Notes: generated by a model from the letters alone, not told the origin. DNA of 63,822 nucleotides, filler included, from Trichomonas gallinae (GCA_008369845.1; 8 parts of 8 records of this genome joined end to end with filler, not necessarily neighbours in it), one strand, 5' to 3'; shown: positions 11,501-21,635, counted from the whole stretch's first letter. Numbers and translations: made by a program.

Positions 11501-11984
11501 TAAAATTAGTAGTACTTGAAGCTCCACATAAATAGAGTCTCTTCATGAGCAGAGCTGATGATAAAATTGCGTGTGGAGTCGGTCTAGAAGCAATCCACAT
11601 TGCACATCGTTCGAATAATCTTGGAACAAAAGGCGTCGAAAGTTTTCTGTGTATGTGTTCGAAAAGATAGGATATACCGTTGATTATTATAACATTCTCA
11701 GCAGGCAGAATCCTTTCTAGTTGTGTAATTAAATTTAGCAACTCTGGTTCTTTGTCAATGAAATTCAAATAAAACGCAAGTCCGGTCAGCGCTGCAATTC
11801 TGTCGCCATCATTGTGGCTATGCAAGCAGTTCATTGTCCATGAAAACAAGTCTTTAGTGAAATTTTGCCGATTTTCTTCGGAAGACTCAAGAAATAAGTG
11901 GATAAACTCCTGGCCGGCCAGCTTCTTGGCGTCGGAGAATCTGCTGCAGTCGCGAATTATTTGAGTGACACTGTTAAAGTTCAT
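5541..11984 (-). CDS. TOR: TOR-family PIKK kinase (HEAT-FAT-FRB-kinase-FATC)
   Basis: RPRK..IVGSDG..YKYLLKGGEDLRLD, GYVIGLGDRHPSNIL, VPFRLT and FATC LAQMYHGWAPYW. First in-frame ATG is at 11984; the track start at 12071 is GTG. Confidence 0.93.
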   Translation of the reverse strand: MNFNSVTQIIRDCSRFSDAKKLAGQEFIHLFLESSEENRQNFTKDLFSWTMNCLHSHNDGDRIAALTGLAFYLNFIDKEPELLNLITQLERILPAENVIIINGISYLFEHIHRKLSTPFVPRLFERCAMWIASRPTPHAILSSALLMKRLYLCGASSTTNFNSILTSVVNAAFKFDNAEAQNTAVELCMMSLARNPSVDEAAKQFILDSIVVFESRTNGGSTKAHVHGYLLLLAALMKNYRRITLQRFPDFFSSFLSYLVRNFDPLFIDFIALFCENYKEGSKKFISEITSILKNPTIDFTDENVCNCLCRIVTVFPEEFCDFAFEAAVTVLPRSNSRFFDLVKSILSAQYKKVDHQKIFSTFQISTLSISVLEAMHHFLVCFPQYTFKFLAILHPLIKNIFEKNQNQILIALEAIRLFCILPQFSCKDYWDFCSQYLTNQNVEYRIKAVRTLYSMCILNEEHRHETTINILYNGQNDPVKEVRAIIIKEFPECLLDTFCDSSLVSLVEQYIDDDSTRVAILAIELIGRIKKKFPVNTLSTFWTIISNMDVVFFHTDLINERKKLIIRLPALIRNSGEFSLPLYNKIIDFISLLFQKRPPLHQTFEERINQRHDEKCDRLIRISCLHVVQAIGTSLNEVIGKVANLTTLIINQLYISSHPTFHIEVLNTLRCIFRCVNVLHDTDINGLELINKLLSFIQNNHNPSVIEAFITLFGTIGPLDPFWFHSVEQKQTIIDSSTLSDPSKREKCYLDFVMGYIVDQLQSKSRNHEPTTLINAIVYIFQSDAQNCLIYLDVIIKIFVNLFNEPNSIHESLFSFLRSIILLVDVAILPHAKSIMQIVQNFLPNGRSIGAVRTVNALIYSLKAEFGQFGLQTFKTVISVLNSKNITSSDIRSSFLLTLTLLTIYSDGCTQEFFTYISSAVENKDSTSQYALLFLSQAIASGGLKQLVLQSLKLALTQINGQQTSQNTIQLLYVLIAKYPDTIMRMPVKLTSINPVLDDLIKKVEKKAHIDLEKSPFAKQLQTTPDPFYQRPKMQFDPKSVMVTIEQGRFRSSEGNWTAWALNFSQELALCSRSPAIRACLPLLMSSTTLHLNIFPLIFLSVWETTQNIEERTKLSNYIRSIISQNVPQMILHLVSSTCESLDRANFVLFPNEPMLAGQISERCNSWFRALRFYATTPKSDKLFLNCLRIETQLKRKECALGLQMMLPQECTNCELLENLNMWSKARDIYRLRYEENDKNDQYLIGLLKCSVHMDDWSVIVDRFNEFQFYSKQLKTELGTVFGAAAISTGKDEKPFFESVIEDDPNYCYWRAIAAIKCKNFDEADNWISRGRNSLVRNEDIFESGNYEPTIPTICYSMIFEELKDVVDSYICGTDKNVLELWSHKLDYLARDPTWLRMITRARVLYNCSEEEKLGMRLFFFNSLRMQGEWELFDKLSKLYLTEVEPRVRLLNATVKFDRGICNDTSEFKSLINDLKVNGPIDVYCNAVCTLASRTKELSMLLEMLNDVIKHEPTNIKAWKFFAYTNLSLAGIVEKDAHIYANNAMKGFISLIDLKSGAMHYLCQLCSIFFNNAQKLPDFDLAAERLKNLPPESVDKIMPQLLTQFSHSCEACRNVAFKIIEKLADTNYHALAFSLSLIRKLDPTKECISLIDKIETKNVALSNDLHSFTDSLIYVAVLPIEHFNCILQKICSLANSGDMVAAVKLIPEVTKYSLDSECRKYINNLNDFNKKCDNFATDSTALSAFKTLIGRLNAAIEKLSTIDVDEFNIKLSKQKSFQVAIPGLNCISKPPVMISHVNHIMKTIPSAQRPRKMTIVGSDGNTYKYLLKGGEDLRLDLHVMQLFSLINSILLEDRFGEQMHSFIQLYGITPLSRSAGMISWADGGKTLYSLIKLYRKLRSFPQDSETNAYNSFLHKGKEGSMSLTRIQKLELYQYLVDISPADQLRQVLWLKSSCAESWLIQATNFARSTSLMSFVGYVIGLGDRHPSNILVMERRGNVVHIDLSECFEKAALRRTAREVVPFRLTRMTIDALGPSGVYGVFSITASNVMNTLKRNQATILAFLDIFTKENIIDMMWYQDDVYEFEDPIEMKNAALKKAINRLEDKLNFREFGDTNPQVDDHVAKLIATATDPYNLAQMYHGWAPYW

Positions 11985-13121
11985 CCGACTGCGATTTTTT
12001 GTAAATTTTACAAAATTATCGTCATCTGAAAATCTTTCACTTTTTATTCTCAAATTTGGAGGGTCTGACACTATCTCAATTTTGTGATGCCAAAGATTTT
12101 AGGAATTTTCTACTCATATTAGAGATTTATTATTTATATAATTCAGCCGAAATCTATTAAAATACCAATATAAGTAATGCAGAATTACCCTCGGGGTGTG
12201 CCCACAAAATATAATATATGAACTCCTTGTCAAAAAGAAATTGATTTGTGATGTTTACGATTTTGTCAAAAAGAGAATATTTTATGTGACAAAATATCAC
12301 TAATATATCACTAATATCATTAAAAATAATATGAAATGTATCATGAAAATAACAACAATATGGATAATGGATGACTCAGGATACGCGAACAACATAAAAC
12401 ATATTCAGGCGAGCAAAAGTGTCAAAAAAATAGTTTTTATGAGCGAAACTCAAAATAGTGAGAGCTATTTTGTAGTGGGAGAATATCCATTTTATGAAGA
12501 CATTTGTTGAGAATGGTTCACTTTTTTGTTTTCAAAAATTTCTGAGGGTTTGCCGCTCTGTCAAAAAGATTAGAAATTGTGAACATTCAGATTTTATAGG
12601 GTCTGTATGACAAATTATTTTCATTTTATATCATCATTAAATAACCAATACTATCAAAATATAGTGAAATATATCATAATGTTGACAATATTAATGGAAA
12701 ATTCCCAAATGCAGTGTGAAATGAACTAGTTTACTTGGTAGAATCCATTAAAGATTGTTTTATATTGTATGTCTTAACGAACATCTTTATAACTCAAAAA
12801 CAAAATAGGAGAAAAAATTAAAAAAATGAAATGATATGATCTACCCTTATTGTTAGGACATAATGATCGAAATGAAAGATGGAAAAGCCAAAATAGTTTT
12901 GGGAAGACTTCATTATTGCGAATTTAAACAAAACAATAAATTATTGTCAATTATAATCAAAATATTTACTACATATGCCAATATTTGTGCATATAAGTAT
13001 ATATTGATTCAAATTAGCCATTTGGAAAAAGAAAATTTTCATATTTCAGATTGAGATGTGTATGATTGCTTGACTATATAACATTAATGAATAGTTGATG
13101 ATACTATGTTAACTAACGAAT

Positions 13122-13742
13122 TTAACATATGTAACATCGAGATGGCTGACATTTATCAATAAAATCTTGCGATGCTTCAATATTATGCTGAATATCATCT
13201 GTTGCAGACAATATTAGTAATGGCTTCTTCCAATTAGGCGGCAAAACATATTTTTTGTTTTCTTCTATTTGTGGCCATGCAATCTTCCTGAAATAAAAGT
13301 TTGTGTACTTTTCTCTGGTTTCATAAGGATCATTCTCATAATCTTCAATAATTTTGTAACCAATTCTTGATAATCTTCTTACTAAAGCAATCTGCATTTC
13401 ATTTTCTTTGTAGTTAATGTTTATAAGGATATCAACAAGTTTCTCCATCTCTGGATCTCCAAATAATAAGAATCCTTCTACAATCAAAAATTTTTGGTTT
13501 CTGTATCTAGTTTTAATATCTTCAATCAGGTAATTCCATTCTATGGCCTCAACTTTATCGAAGTTGATGAATTTAACGTCATTAAAATAAGAAATTGGCA
13601 TTTCAGGATTAACTTTGAAGTATCCATCAACGCAAATGATTGGACAGTTTAATTTTTTCGCAATCACTTCGGATATTGTAGATTTTCCTGACGTTGTCGG
13701 ACCTGCAATTCCAATAATGAAAGGAAGATCTTCTTTTGACAT
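13122..13742 (-). CDS. P-loop nucleoside kinase (uridine/nicotinamide riboside kinase-like)
   Basis: IIGIAGPTTSGKST Walker A, ICVDGYFK, FLIVEGFLLF, and RR lid motif. Confidence 0.8.
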   Translation of the reverse strand: MSKEDLPFIIGIAGPTTSGKSTISEVIAKKLNCPIICVDGYFKVNPEMPISYFNDVKFINFDKVEAIEWNYLIEDIKTRYRNQKFLIVEGFLLFGDPEMEKLVDILININYKENEMQIALVRRLSRIGYKIIEDYENDPYETREKYTNFYFRKIAWPQIEENKKYVLPPNWKKPLLILSATDDIQHNIEASQDFIDKCQPSRCYIC

Positions 13743-13745
13743 GAG

Positions 13746-13752
13746 AAAATGA
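13746..13752 (-). promoter_or_regulatory. Initiator (Inr) TCATTTT
   Basis: Matches the trichomonad Inr consensus TCAY(T/A), a few nt upstream of the ATG at 13742. Confidence 0.55.
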
Positions 13753-14214
13753 AAAATACGTCATAACATCTTGTATATAATTGGATTAAGTGAATTATGA
13801 TTATTTTTTATTAATAATCAGAATTATTTTTTAATAATTGGGCAGATAATCATGAAAACTTGGTATTTTATTATAAACAATATATGGAGTTGGATGCCAA
13901 GTAGAATAAAGCTCAACTGCAAATGTTGAAAAATCGCGAAAAAAATATTTTACATTCTTGGCTCTACTAACAAAATAAATGAATCAATGAAGCATAACAA
14001 CTTGGAAAAACATAAAAAAGAATCTGATTCCTAAATATAAAATATTCAATTATTCAATAATAAAGGTTCATCACTTTGTTGTAATGGATTTTGCGTAAAT
14101 TAACCAAAGCACAGAAATCAAATTTGAAAATAAAATTTTCAAAATTTGATAATCACTTGTAATTAAGCTAATTGGTATTACTAATTGATGCAATGAGTTT
14201 TGAAACAGTAGATT

Positions 14215-14925
14215 TCAAAATTGCTCAAATTCGTAAGATTTTGGAATTGTTTGATAAGTTCCATCTCCGTATTTTATGACTTTATTTCCTTTTGTGTCAA
14301 TTCTTTCTATTTGGCCGTTCTTAAAAACAATCCAACGAAGTCCATCTGGAATAACAGCTTCAATTGAACCATTTTCATAGTATTCATGAATTATGATTCC
14401 ATTATTGAACCTTTGTTGTATATCGCCGTTTGTAAAGTGAGTGTGCTGTGAATTTCCGTGAAATATTTGATAAATTCCATTTTTATGTGTTATTGAATAA
14501 TCTCCATTCAAATATGTAACTTTAGTGTTTCCATTCATCAAAACATTTGTTGAAACTGGTTTTGTCGGTTGATAATATAAATCGATATATAAACCAATCT
14601 TATTTTCTAAGAAATTGATTCTTTTAGATGGTTTCCTTGTATAATCGCGATATTTCAATCTCTCTGTCGCATTATTCGGTCCTACGAAACTTTGATTAAG
14701 CGTTGGATTTTTATGATGCTTTTTATTACTAGTTTTGTCTAACTGCATCTTTTTCTGTAGTATCTGCATCGAATCCTTTATGCAGTTTACTTGCTTCTTT
14801 AGCATCTTATCTTGCTTAGTGAGGTTTTGGTATAATTCTTCAAGTTCATTTCTCGAGGATGATATAGAACCATTAACATGTTCGTTGCCATTTGATATCT
14901 GAAGATCACTTGACGAACTAAGCAT
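14215..14925 (-). CDS. Coiled coil + TCP10/CENPJ(SAS-4)-like C-terminal beta-repeat protein
   Basis: Repeated xNG(D/T) beta-hairpins (YLNGD, FTNGDIQQ, PDGL..VFKNGQIE...GNKVIKYGDGT). Confidence 0.7.
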   Translation of the reverse strand: MLSSSSDLQISNGNEHVNGSISSSRNELEELYQNLTKQDKMLKKQVNCIKDSMQILQKKMQLDKTSNKKHHKNPTLNQSFVGPNNATERLKYRDYTRKPSKRINFLENKIGLYIDLYYQPTKPVSTNVLMNGNTKVTYLNGDYSITHKNGIYQIFHGNSQHTHFTNGDIQQRFNNGIIIHEYYENGSIEAVIPDGLRWIVFKNGQIERIDTKGNKVIKYGDGTYQTIPKSYEFEQF

Positions 14926-15339
14926 AAAAATCTAGTGAAAAATCAAAAATCTGATAAATAAACTTTTAAATTAATCATTTCTTCAAACTAATGAATATTT
15001 CTCATCTCTCAAACACAGCTATTTTCCATGTGAAAAATCCAAAACAATGTATGATATATTATTTGATTTTATTATCATATATCCATGTGATTATCAGGGA
15101 ATTATTTTTAAATAGAAGAATTGGTCACGAAGGCATGGAATAAGTATAAATGTAAAAAATTGTATAGTCTACAATCATATAAGTTTGATGCATGGTAAAT
15201 TCTCTTGCTCTTGAAATAGTATTATACACATAATTGAAATATGAAGTATAATATTATTTTCAGTTCAGTACAGAAGTTTGATAATTATAGCAAATTACTA
15301 GATTTCCGTGTATAATTGCTTTTCCATCTGCACATGAAG

Positions 15340-15552
15340 CTAATAAAGATTAATATCATAAATATGAGCATATGGTGTTACAAGGAATTTGAATTTACGT
15401 TTATATTTGGTAAGTTCGAATGTAGGATTTTTGAATGGTTTTGAGTCTTCCATTGGATGAAGTGTATCCCACTCTCCAGTGAATCCCAAGGCATGAGTAA
15501 GCTCATGGACATAAACATCGAAATTTTGATGAAGATGAAAATTGTTCTTCAT
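15340..15552 (-). pseudogene. GP63/leishmanolysin (M8 metalloprotease) fragment
   Basis: HELTHALGF zinc motif and FLVTPYAH in a 70-aa isolated fragment. Confidence 0.8.
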
Positions 15553-15992
15553 TGTTTAAGTGTCATGTAAAACATAAATTTGACATGTAAATTGTCAAAA
15601 AACATGATTTTAGCGAAAAATTATAGATTTTTGGTTTGTAGATTTTTACTTCTTATATATTAAAAACATGTATGAACATCTTTTATATTCTTTGTTTGTT
15701 ATTTAATATATATAAATTTTGACTTAAATTTTAATATTGTTGATTTTAAATATATATCATATTGATGTATCCCATTATATTACCAAAACAAACCAATCTA
15801 AATATCTATTGGCCTACTTCATCCGTTAAAATAAAGATTTCACATATCATATATTGTCTAAAACTTAAAACTAAGCCGTGGTATTTTAAGCACATTTCCA
15901 TTATTGGCTTCTAAATCTAATGTAGATAAGAATAGCGATTGAAAACCAAAACCGTCTATAAATGGCCGCACGATTAATTTTAGTTTTAAAAA

Positions 15993-18343
15993 ATGTTGTC
16001 TTTGTTTATTGGATTTATTTCATCAGTTGTTGTTGGCATAGACTTTGGCCACGCCAACATCAAAGCAGGTATGGGTAAGTTTAGCGGCGTTGTTGCTGTT
16101 AATAACCAACAATCCAAAAAATTATCTCCTTCATTCTTCGCTTTTTACAATTACTCGGACCCAAAGAACTCGCATCCACCTAATGGAACGCATTGGGAAA
16201 TTGATCACATCGATAACTGCACTTGGGATTATACTTATCAAGCTGAAAATCACGGAAAGCGTTTTCCACGCAATGTTATTAAGTCATTCTTCCCACTTCT
16301 CAATGAGTCAATCGGTCTCACACATAGAGAAGCTATGGCTGCTACATTGAGATATTTATTATTCACAGTTGATTCTGGCGTTTATACACCAGAAAAGACA
16401 ATGCTTGCACTCTCTGTCGAGCCATTCCTTTCTCGTCACGAGCGCTATGCACTCAAGGAAGTCGCAAAACTTGCAAATACAACTTTAACATTCATTGTCG
16501 ACTCACCAACAGCTGTCGCCCACTACTACGTCCTCGGCAGAACAAAGCGTCTCACAAACGATATCGCTTTCATCGATATCGGTGCTACAGGAACATGGAT
16601 TTCTATTTTCTCCTTCAGCACAATGGGCAAAGACGTCATCATGAACCAGAAGGCTATCGTCACAAATGGCACACTCGGTGGTAACGCTATCGATAAAGTT
16701 CTCGGTGATTTCTTATACAAACAATTTGTTCTTCAGTTCCACAAGGAAACAGACTCACCACGCGTTATGAACCGCTTCTATGCTGCTGCTAAGCTCGCTA
16801 AAGAACGTCTTTCCATTGATACTTCATATACAGTTTCAATGGAAGACGTAATTGACGACGAGCGCTTCGAGTATCATCTTACACTTGCCGAGTTTAACGA
16901 GCTCGTTCAGCCATTTGCTGACTCTCTCGCTGATTTAATCAAAGATGCGATGGAAAAGGCTGGAATTGACCAATTGGATACTGTTGAAGCCATCGGTGGC
17001 TGCTCTCGTCCAAAGATCTTCCACGAAGTCATGGCTAATGTCACTAGAGTTGGACAAATTTCACATACTTTGAACCCAGAAGAAGCTGTCATCCTTGGCA
17101 CAACAATTTTGGGATCTACAAAGTCTTCTTCATACAGACTTCCTAAGAAGATCAAATCTACAACATTCTGCAATACTCACATCGAACTTGAAGTCAACAA
17201 CAACCGCACAGACCTCTACAAGCCAAAGGACAAGGCTGAGAAGTTCCAGACTCGCTACTTCCCAATCGCTGAAGTTAACTCATCGAATTTCACAATCTAC
17301 GCAGATGATGATTATGAACGCCCACTTGACATATTCAGCATCAACATTCCAGAAAATACAACATTCGAGGAGAATGCTGAAGTTATGATCAAATTCGGTA
17401 TTGATACTTTTTCATTACCAAACATTGAGAGAATCGAATGTGATGGCAAGAAGCTCAATGTCACCCACTACTTTTCTGACTGGCAGCTTAACGAAGAACG
17501 CTTCAACTTCTCACAATCATTCATCATGAAACTCGAAGAAATCGAAAGAGACCGCCACAATGCATCTTCAACACGCAATGAGCTCGAGTTTTACATGTTC
17601 TCCATTCGCGAAAAGATGGATTCTGATGAAGAATTCAAAGAATTCTTATCAGAAGGTGACATTGTCAATATTACAAAAGCATTGCAGGAAGGCCAAGAGT
17701 TCCTTGACAATCTCACAGACCAATTCGCTCACTCCCAGATCTTCAGAGACCAGCTCAACAAATTCAAAGAGACAACGAAAGATGTCGAAATGAGAATCGA
17801 AGAGTGGAAGTTAATACCCGAGAACATCGAGAGCTTGAACAAGACAATCAGAGATGTTGCCAAGTATCTCAAGGAAGAAGTCCCGAAGAAGAGACCATGG
17901 TTAGTTACACACTACGCTGACACATATAACAACCTTGTCGATAACTACAACCACACTAAAGAATGGCTCGAAGAGAACTATTACAACCTCACTCACTGGA
18001 ACAAGACGGTCAACCCAGAGACAAAGCACAACCAGATCAACGTCAAACGCCAGATCCTTGAGTTCAACATGAACGGCTCTAAGCGCCAGAAGAAGCCAAC
18101 ACCAACACCGAAAGGATGGACTCCTCCACCCGCCACGCCAACACCAACTCCTTACGAGCCACCACCTCCACCGCCAGATTTCGATCACGACTTCCCACCT
18201 CCACCACCTCCACCTCCGAGACCAGAAGGATGGGAAGGAGAATGGCCGCCAACTCCACCAAAGACAGAAGAAACACCAAAGACAGAAGAGACACCAAAGA
18301 CAGAAGAGACACCAAAGACAGAAGAGACACCAAAGACAGAAGA
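15993..18343 (+). CDS. ER HSP70-family chaperone (Grp170/HYOU1-like), 3' end in gap
   Basis: Signal-like N-terminus, VVGIDFG, FIDIGA, LGGNAID, AKERLS, IGGCSR.P, LNPEEAV, RNELEFY; Pro-rich and TEETPK tail. Confidence 0.88.
18258..18343 (+). repeat. 18-bp coding tandem repeat (ccaaagacagaagaraca; PKTEET), at least 4.7 copies, truncated by gap
   Basis: Directly visible in the sequence. Confidence 0.95.
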
Positions 18344-18443
18344 NNNNNNNNNNNNNNNNNNNNNNNNNNNNNNNNNNNNNNNNNNNNTTAATTAATTAAN
18401 NNNNNNNNNNNNNNNNNNNNNNNNNNNNNNNNNNNNNNNNNNN
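18344..18443. other. Artificial contig linker (N44-TTAATTAATTAA-N44)
   Basis: Identical 100-nt linkers at 39021-39120, 47590-47689, 53864-53963, 57427-57526, 61349-61448 and 62712-62811. The core gives stops in all six frames. Confidence 0.98.
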
Positions 18444-18792
18444 ATCAATATGCTCAGTATTATGGATCTGATCATAACTCACATAAGTCCGGATTTCCAT
18501 AGTTATTTATAATTATATGAAAAAACAAAATTAAAAATACATAATAAGCTTAAGTTACAGCAAGTTTTTTTCTTTCTGTAATCATGATTTTTTGAGTAAA
18601 TTCATGATTTAAATTGAGATGAAAGCTTTTAGACACTTGTTTATCCAGGTAATTTGATTTTATATGAATTCGCTAATGGAATATTCTTTTTTTGAATATA
18701 ACGCTCTGATTCATAAAAATAGAAGTTCAAGCAGCTCATCTATTGTCAAATTGTATATTGTGAACAAATATAAACGAAGTTTTTTATATAAA

Positions 18793-19065
18793 TCATATTA
18801 ATAAACATGTGCAATTAGCTTCTTCAATGTTCTCATTTACCAATAGATTAGCAATTGTTTTAAAAATCAATTCCACATTTAAATCTTTCTCTGCTGAAGC
18901 TTCAATATACACTCCTTCAAATTCTTTTGCCAAAGCAGCACCATCATCATAAACAATATGTATATTAGGAATATCACACTTATTACCAACGAGAATGAGC
19001 TTAAAGTTTTCTTCCTTCATCATCTTTATTTCTTCAAATGTTTCTTTGGTTTTAGAAAGCGTCCA
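18793..19065 (-). pseudogene. 5'-truncated Ras/Rab small GTPase remnant
   Basis: ETFEEIK...LILVGNKCD (G4), YIEASA (G5) and C-terminal CTCLLI CaaX. An in-frame stop lies upstream and G1-G3 are absent. Confidence 0.8.
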
Positions 19066-19210
19066 TCAATAAAAAATACTGAACATTATTTATGTCAAAC
19101 ATAAATCATATTTTCAAGAATATGTTATCGATAATATATATAAAAATTTGAAATTTGAGAATATAAGACATGTTTAAGATTTTTTTTACACCAAACAATC
19201 ATTAAACATT

Positions 19211-19867
19211 TTAAAATGTATTAGTACTGCCAGATGTCACAGTTGTATTTCTACTTGTCAAAAAAATATTTGTGTGATGAAATCTGTGATGTGCTCTTGC
19301 AATGCCAGCAATTGGCATTGATGTTGGGAAATATCTCTGCTGCACTTTCAATTGATTTGCTACTTTGAGCCTATAATAAGATATATGGAATGAGCAAAGC
19401 GTTCTTTTGGAAAGATCTACAAATTTTGTGCATGCCATATGACTACCTTTCTTTTCACAGTATCCAAATGTTAGAACTTTTCCAATTTCAAAAATCTGTT
19501 TTTCATTTGTAAGTTGAATATTATTAGACTGATTATGGTTTATGCAAGGGCAATTGATTAACAACAACATCCCTGGGTCATATTCAGTCTTGAAATTTGT
19601 GACGACTTGAATTTGAACTGATTTGAGATCTGTTAAGATAAAACAGCCAGGTCGTATTGGCTCTCCATAAACACCAACTGTTATCACAGATGTTTCACCA
19701 TTTTCTTTTATTATATCTTTGAGCTTCGAGTAGAAGAAATTTTCTCTTAATTTTGGCCAAACTGAAGGCTCGTACATAGAATCAAACTTGTATCCGAAGT
19801 ACTCACATTTGTTTGGTGCTCCAGTGTTGGAAGACGTTAAAAACGTTAACGGATCGAATACAGTCAT
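19211..19867 (-). CDS. Minimal Mcm10-like protein (OB fold + CCCH zinc finger)
   Basis: FILTDLK...GMLLLINCP...IFEIG....GYC..(C)TKFVD....LCSFH resembles the Mcm10 internal domain. Confidence 0.65.
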   Translation of the reverse strand: MTVFDPLTFLTSSNTGAPNKCEYFGYKFDSMYEPSVWPKLRENFFYSKLKDIIKENGETSVITVGVYGEPIRPGCFILTDLKSVQIQVVTNFKTEYDPGMLLLINCPCINHNQSNNIQLTNEKQIFEIGKVLTFGYCEKKGSHMACTKFVDLSKRTLCSFHISYYRLKVANQLKVQQRYFPTSMPIAGIARAHHRFHHTNIFLTSRNTTVTSGSTNTF

Positions 19868-19919
19868 TTATTATATTTTGATGGAGGAAGTTCCTTCGAC
19901 GATTATTTTGACATGTGAT

Positions 19920-20240
19920 ATGAAATATGCTTTTTACAATTATGAATTTAGTGTGCAAGGACGAACCTGTTGGACATCACCAAAACTAGTTTGTGTAAAT
20001 AGACCGTAGGCGATGATGGAAATTTTGTTCCAATATGGGAACAAAACGCATTTAAAAAATGCAAATGTCACAGTTATAAATATCAATATTAGATACAAGT
20101 GTGATGCATACCTTACTGTCATAAGCCAGAGTTAGCTGAAACTGTTTATCTACCCAAGTATGCTTCAAGTTGCAAAAAATGATCATTTTTGCCAATGGCA
20201 AATTTTTGATAAATGCACTGAATTACAAAAAGTGACAGAT
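19920..20240 (+). pseudogene. Degenerate BspA-like leucine-rich repeat remnant
   Basis: Scattered frames give YAFYN, NAFKKC, ETVYLP and IFDKCTELQKVT, interrupted by stops and frameshifts. Confidence 0.5.
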
Positions 20241-20289
20241 GATTTGCCGCCAGCTAAATTATTTTTCTTCTGAGTCATTCTTTGATACA

Positions 20290-20365
20290 AATATTGATGC
20301 GAAAGGCTTTCATGATATCACAGCTTTAATTTATGCTTCAATTGAACGTCATTATTAAACTATCT
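20290..20365 (+). pseudogene. Ankyrin-repeat remnant
   Basis: NIDAKGFHDITALIYASIERHY*, resembling the ankyrin repeat at 196-410. Confidence 0.6.
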
Positions 20366-20555
20366 TACTTGAACCCATATTATACCATCAGTTGCTTTCA
20401 ACACTAAAAAACATTCTCAACAGGACTGTTTTAATATTAACTTCATATTTTGTTCATTATGAAGTGTAATTTGAGAAATTTGCATAGAAATAAAATTTTG
20501 TCATGTAAATTAATAGATTTTGACATTGGACATGTGATATGATATAAACAAATTC

Positions 20556-21635
20556 ATGTTATGTATTTTTAGTTTGATATGTTTATTGGACAACAATTCG
20601 TATTACTATGCTGATTTAGTGTCCAAACAGTTCCAATGTATTCATAGCAAACAAAAAATTCCATTATCTAAATTTGATAATAATAAATGCGACTGCTGCG
20701 ATGGATCTGATGAGTTTCTCAATCCATATATCGAATGCAAAAACACATGTCCTGTAAATTCATCGTATTTTAGTAATGAAACAAAAACAAAATTCGAAAA
20801 TACAATAGAAACTGTTAAAAAGATCAGAATTGTAGTCGATGAGTTCGACAAATACTATCTCAAATACAGAAAATTGCTGAGAATGGATCAATTATTTACT
20901 CAAAACAAATTTACTTCATTGGTCACGAATATATCAGTAATGAATGAACAAATACAAGAAATAGCTGCTTCTATAATCGGCATATCAAATATTTCGCTTT
21001 ATTTCATGACTGAATACAAAATTTTTTGCGCTGAAGCATTACTTTCAATGAATCTATCGAAGCTATTGAAGTGGAAGGAAACAAAAGAGAAATTAAAGAA
21101 AGATATAATTAAAAAATCATTAGTTACAGCTTATAAAGGCAAAAATTATTCTTATTTGGTTGAAACAGCAACAAATTTGCTTGAAATAGAGAAACTTAAA
21201 GAAGATTTGAAAGCTCAACATCAAAAATTCGCAGATGTTGGCTTTTCTTATGTAAATTTAAGCTATATTATTGAAAAATTCCTCAAAACAAATGATTTAT
21301 GGCTTTATTATACCACAAACAATTTGTCAATAGAGTTTCCAGGTCTACAATCATCTATAATCGTTTCAGGACTTCAAAATTTAACTTATATTTCACGAAA
21401 TCATACAAAAACATATAATTTAACTGCTTTGAGGGGTAGATTGTTCTACAAATCGGAATTAAACGAGTTAATGATCTTAAAACCGTATTGTTACCATGAA
21501 GTCAGAGGATTTTCAATATTTGAGATTTTCCATAATACAACTGTTGCTGAATTTGGAACTCCAATACTTTGTCCAGAGGAATACAGTGAAGAAGCTTATC
21601 TCCAATATATTCGCGATTCTGGTTCAGTTTCGTAA
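20556..21635 (+). CDS. Glucosidase II beta subunit (PRKCSH)-like protein
   Basis: FQC...IPLSKFDNNKCDCCDGSDE...CKNTC, a coiled-coil middle, and degenerate MRH-like AEFGTPILC. Confidence 0.75.
   Translation: MLCIFSLICLLDNNSYYYADLVSKQFQCIHSKQKIPLSKFDNNKCDCCDGSDEFLNPYIECKNTCPVNSSYFSNETKTKFENTIETVKKIRIVVDEFDKYYLKYRKLLRMDQLFTQNKFTSLVTNISVMNEQIQEIAASIIGISNISLYFMTEYKIFCAEALLSMNLSKLLKWKETKEKLKKDIIKKSLVTAYKGKNYSYLVETATNLLEIEKLKEDLKAQHQKFADVGFSYVNLSYIIEKFLKTNDLWLYYTTNNLSIEFPGLQSSIIVSGLQNLTYISRNHTKTYNLTALRGRLFYKSELNELMILKPYCYHEVRGFSIFEIFHNTTVAEFGTPILCPEEYSEEAYLQYIRDSGSVS

Noticed and set aside
5929..11535. Numerous 60-220 aa ORFs inside the TOR gene (and similar ones in other long genes)
   Set aside because: Antisense or off-frame shadows without recognisable motifs.
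2533..12071. PIWI-TOR adjacency as a functional gene cluster
   Set aside because: Eukaryotic monocistronic genes with no evidence of co-regulation; neighbourhood alone is uninformative.
17901..18391. Short overlapping ORFs in the HSP70 tail
   Set aside because: Shadows of the Pro-rich and 18-bp repeats.
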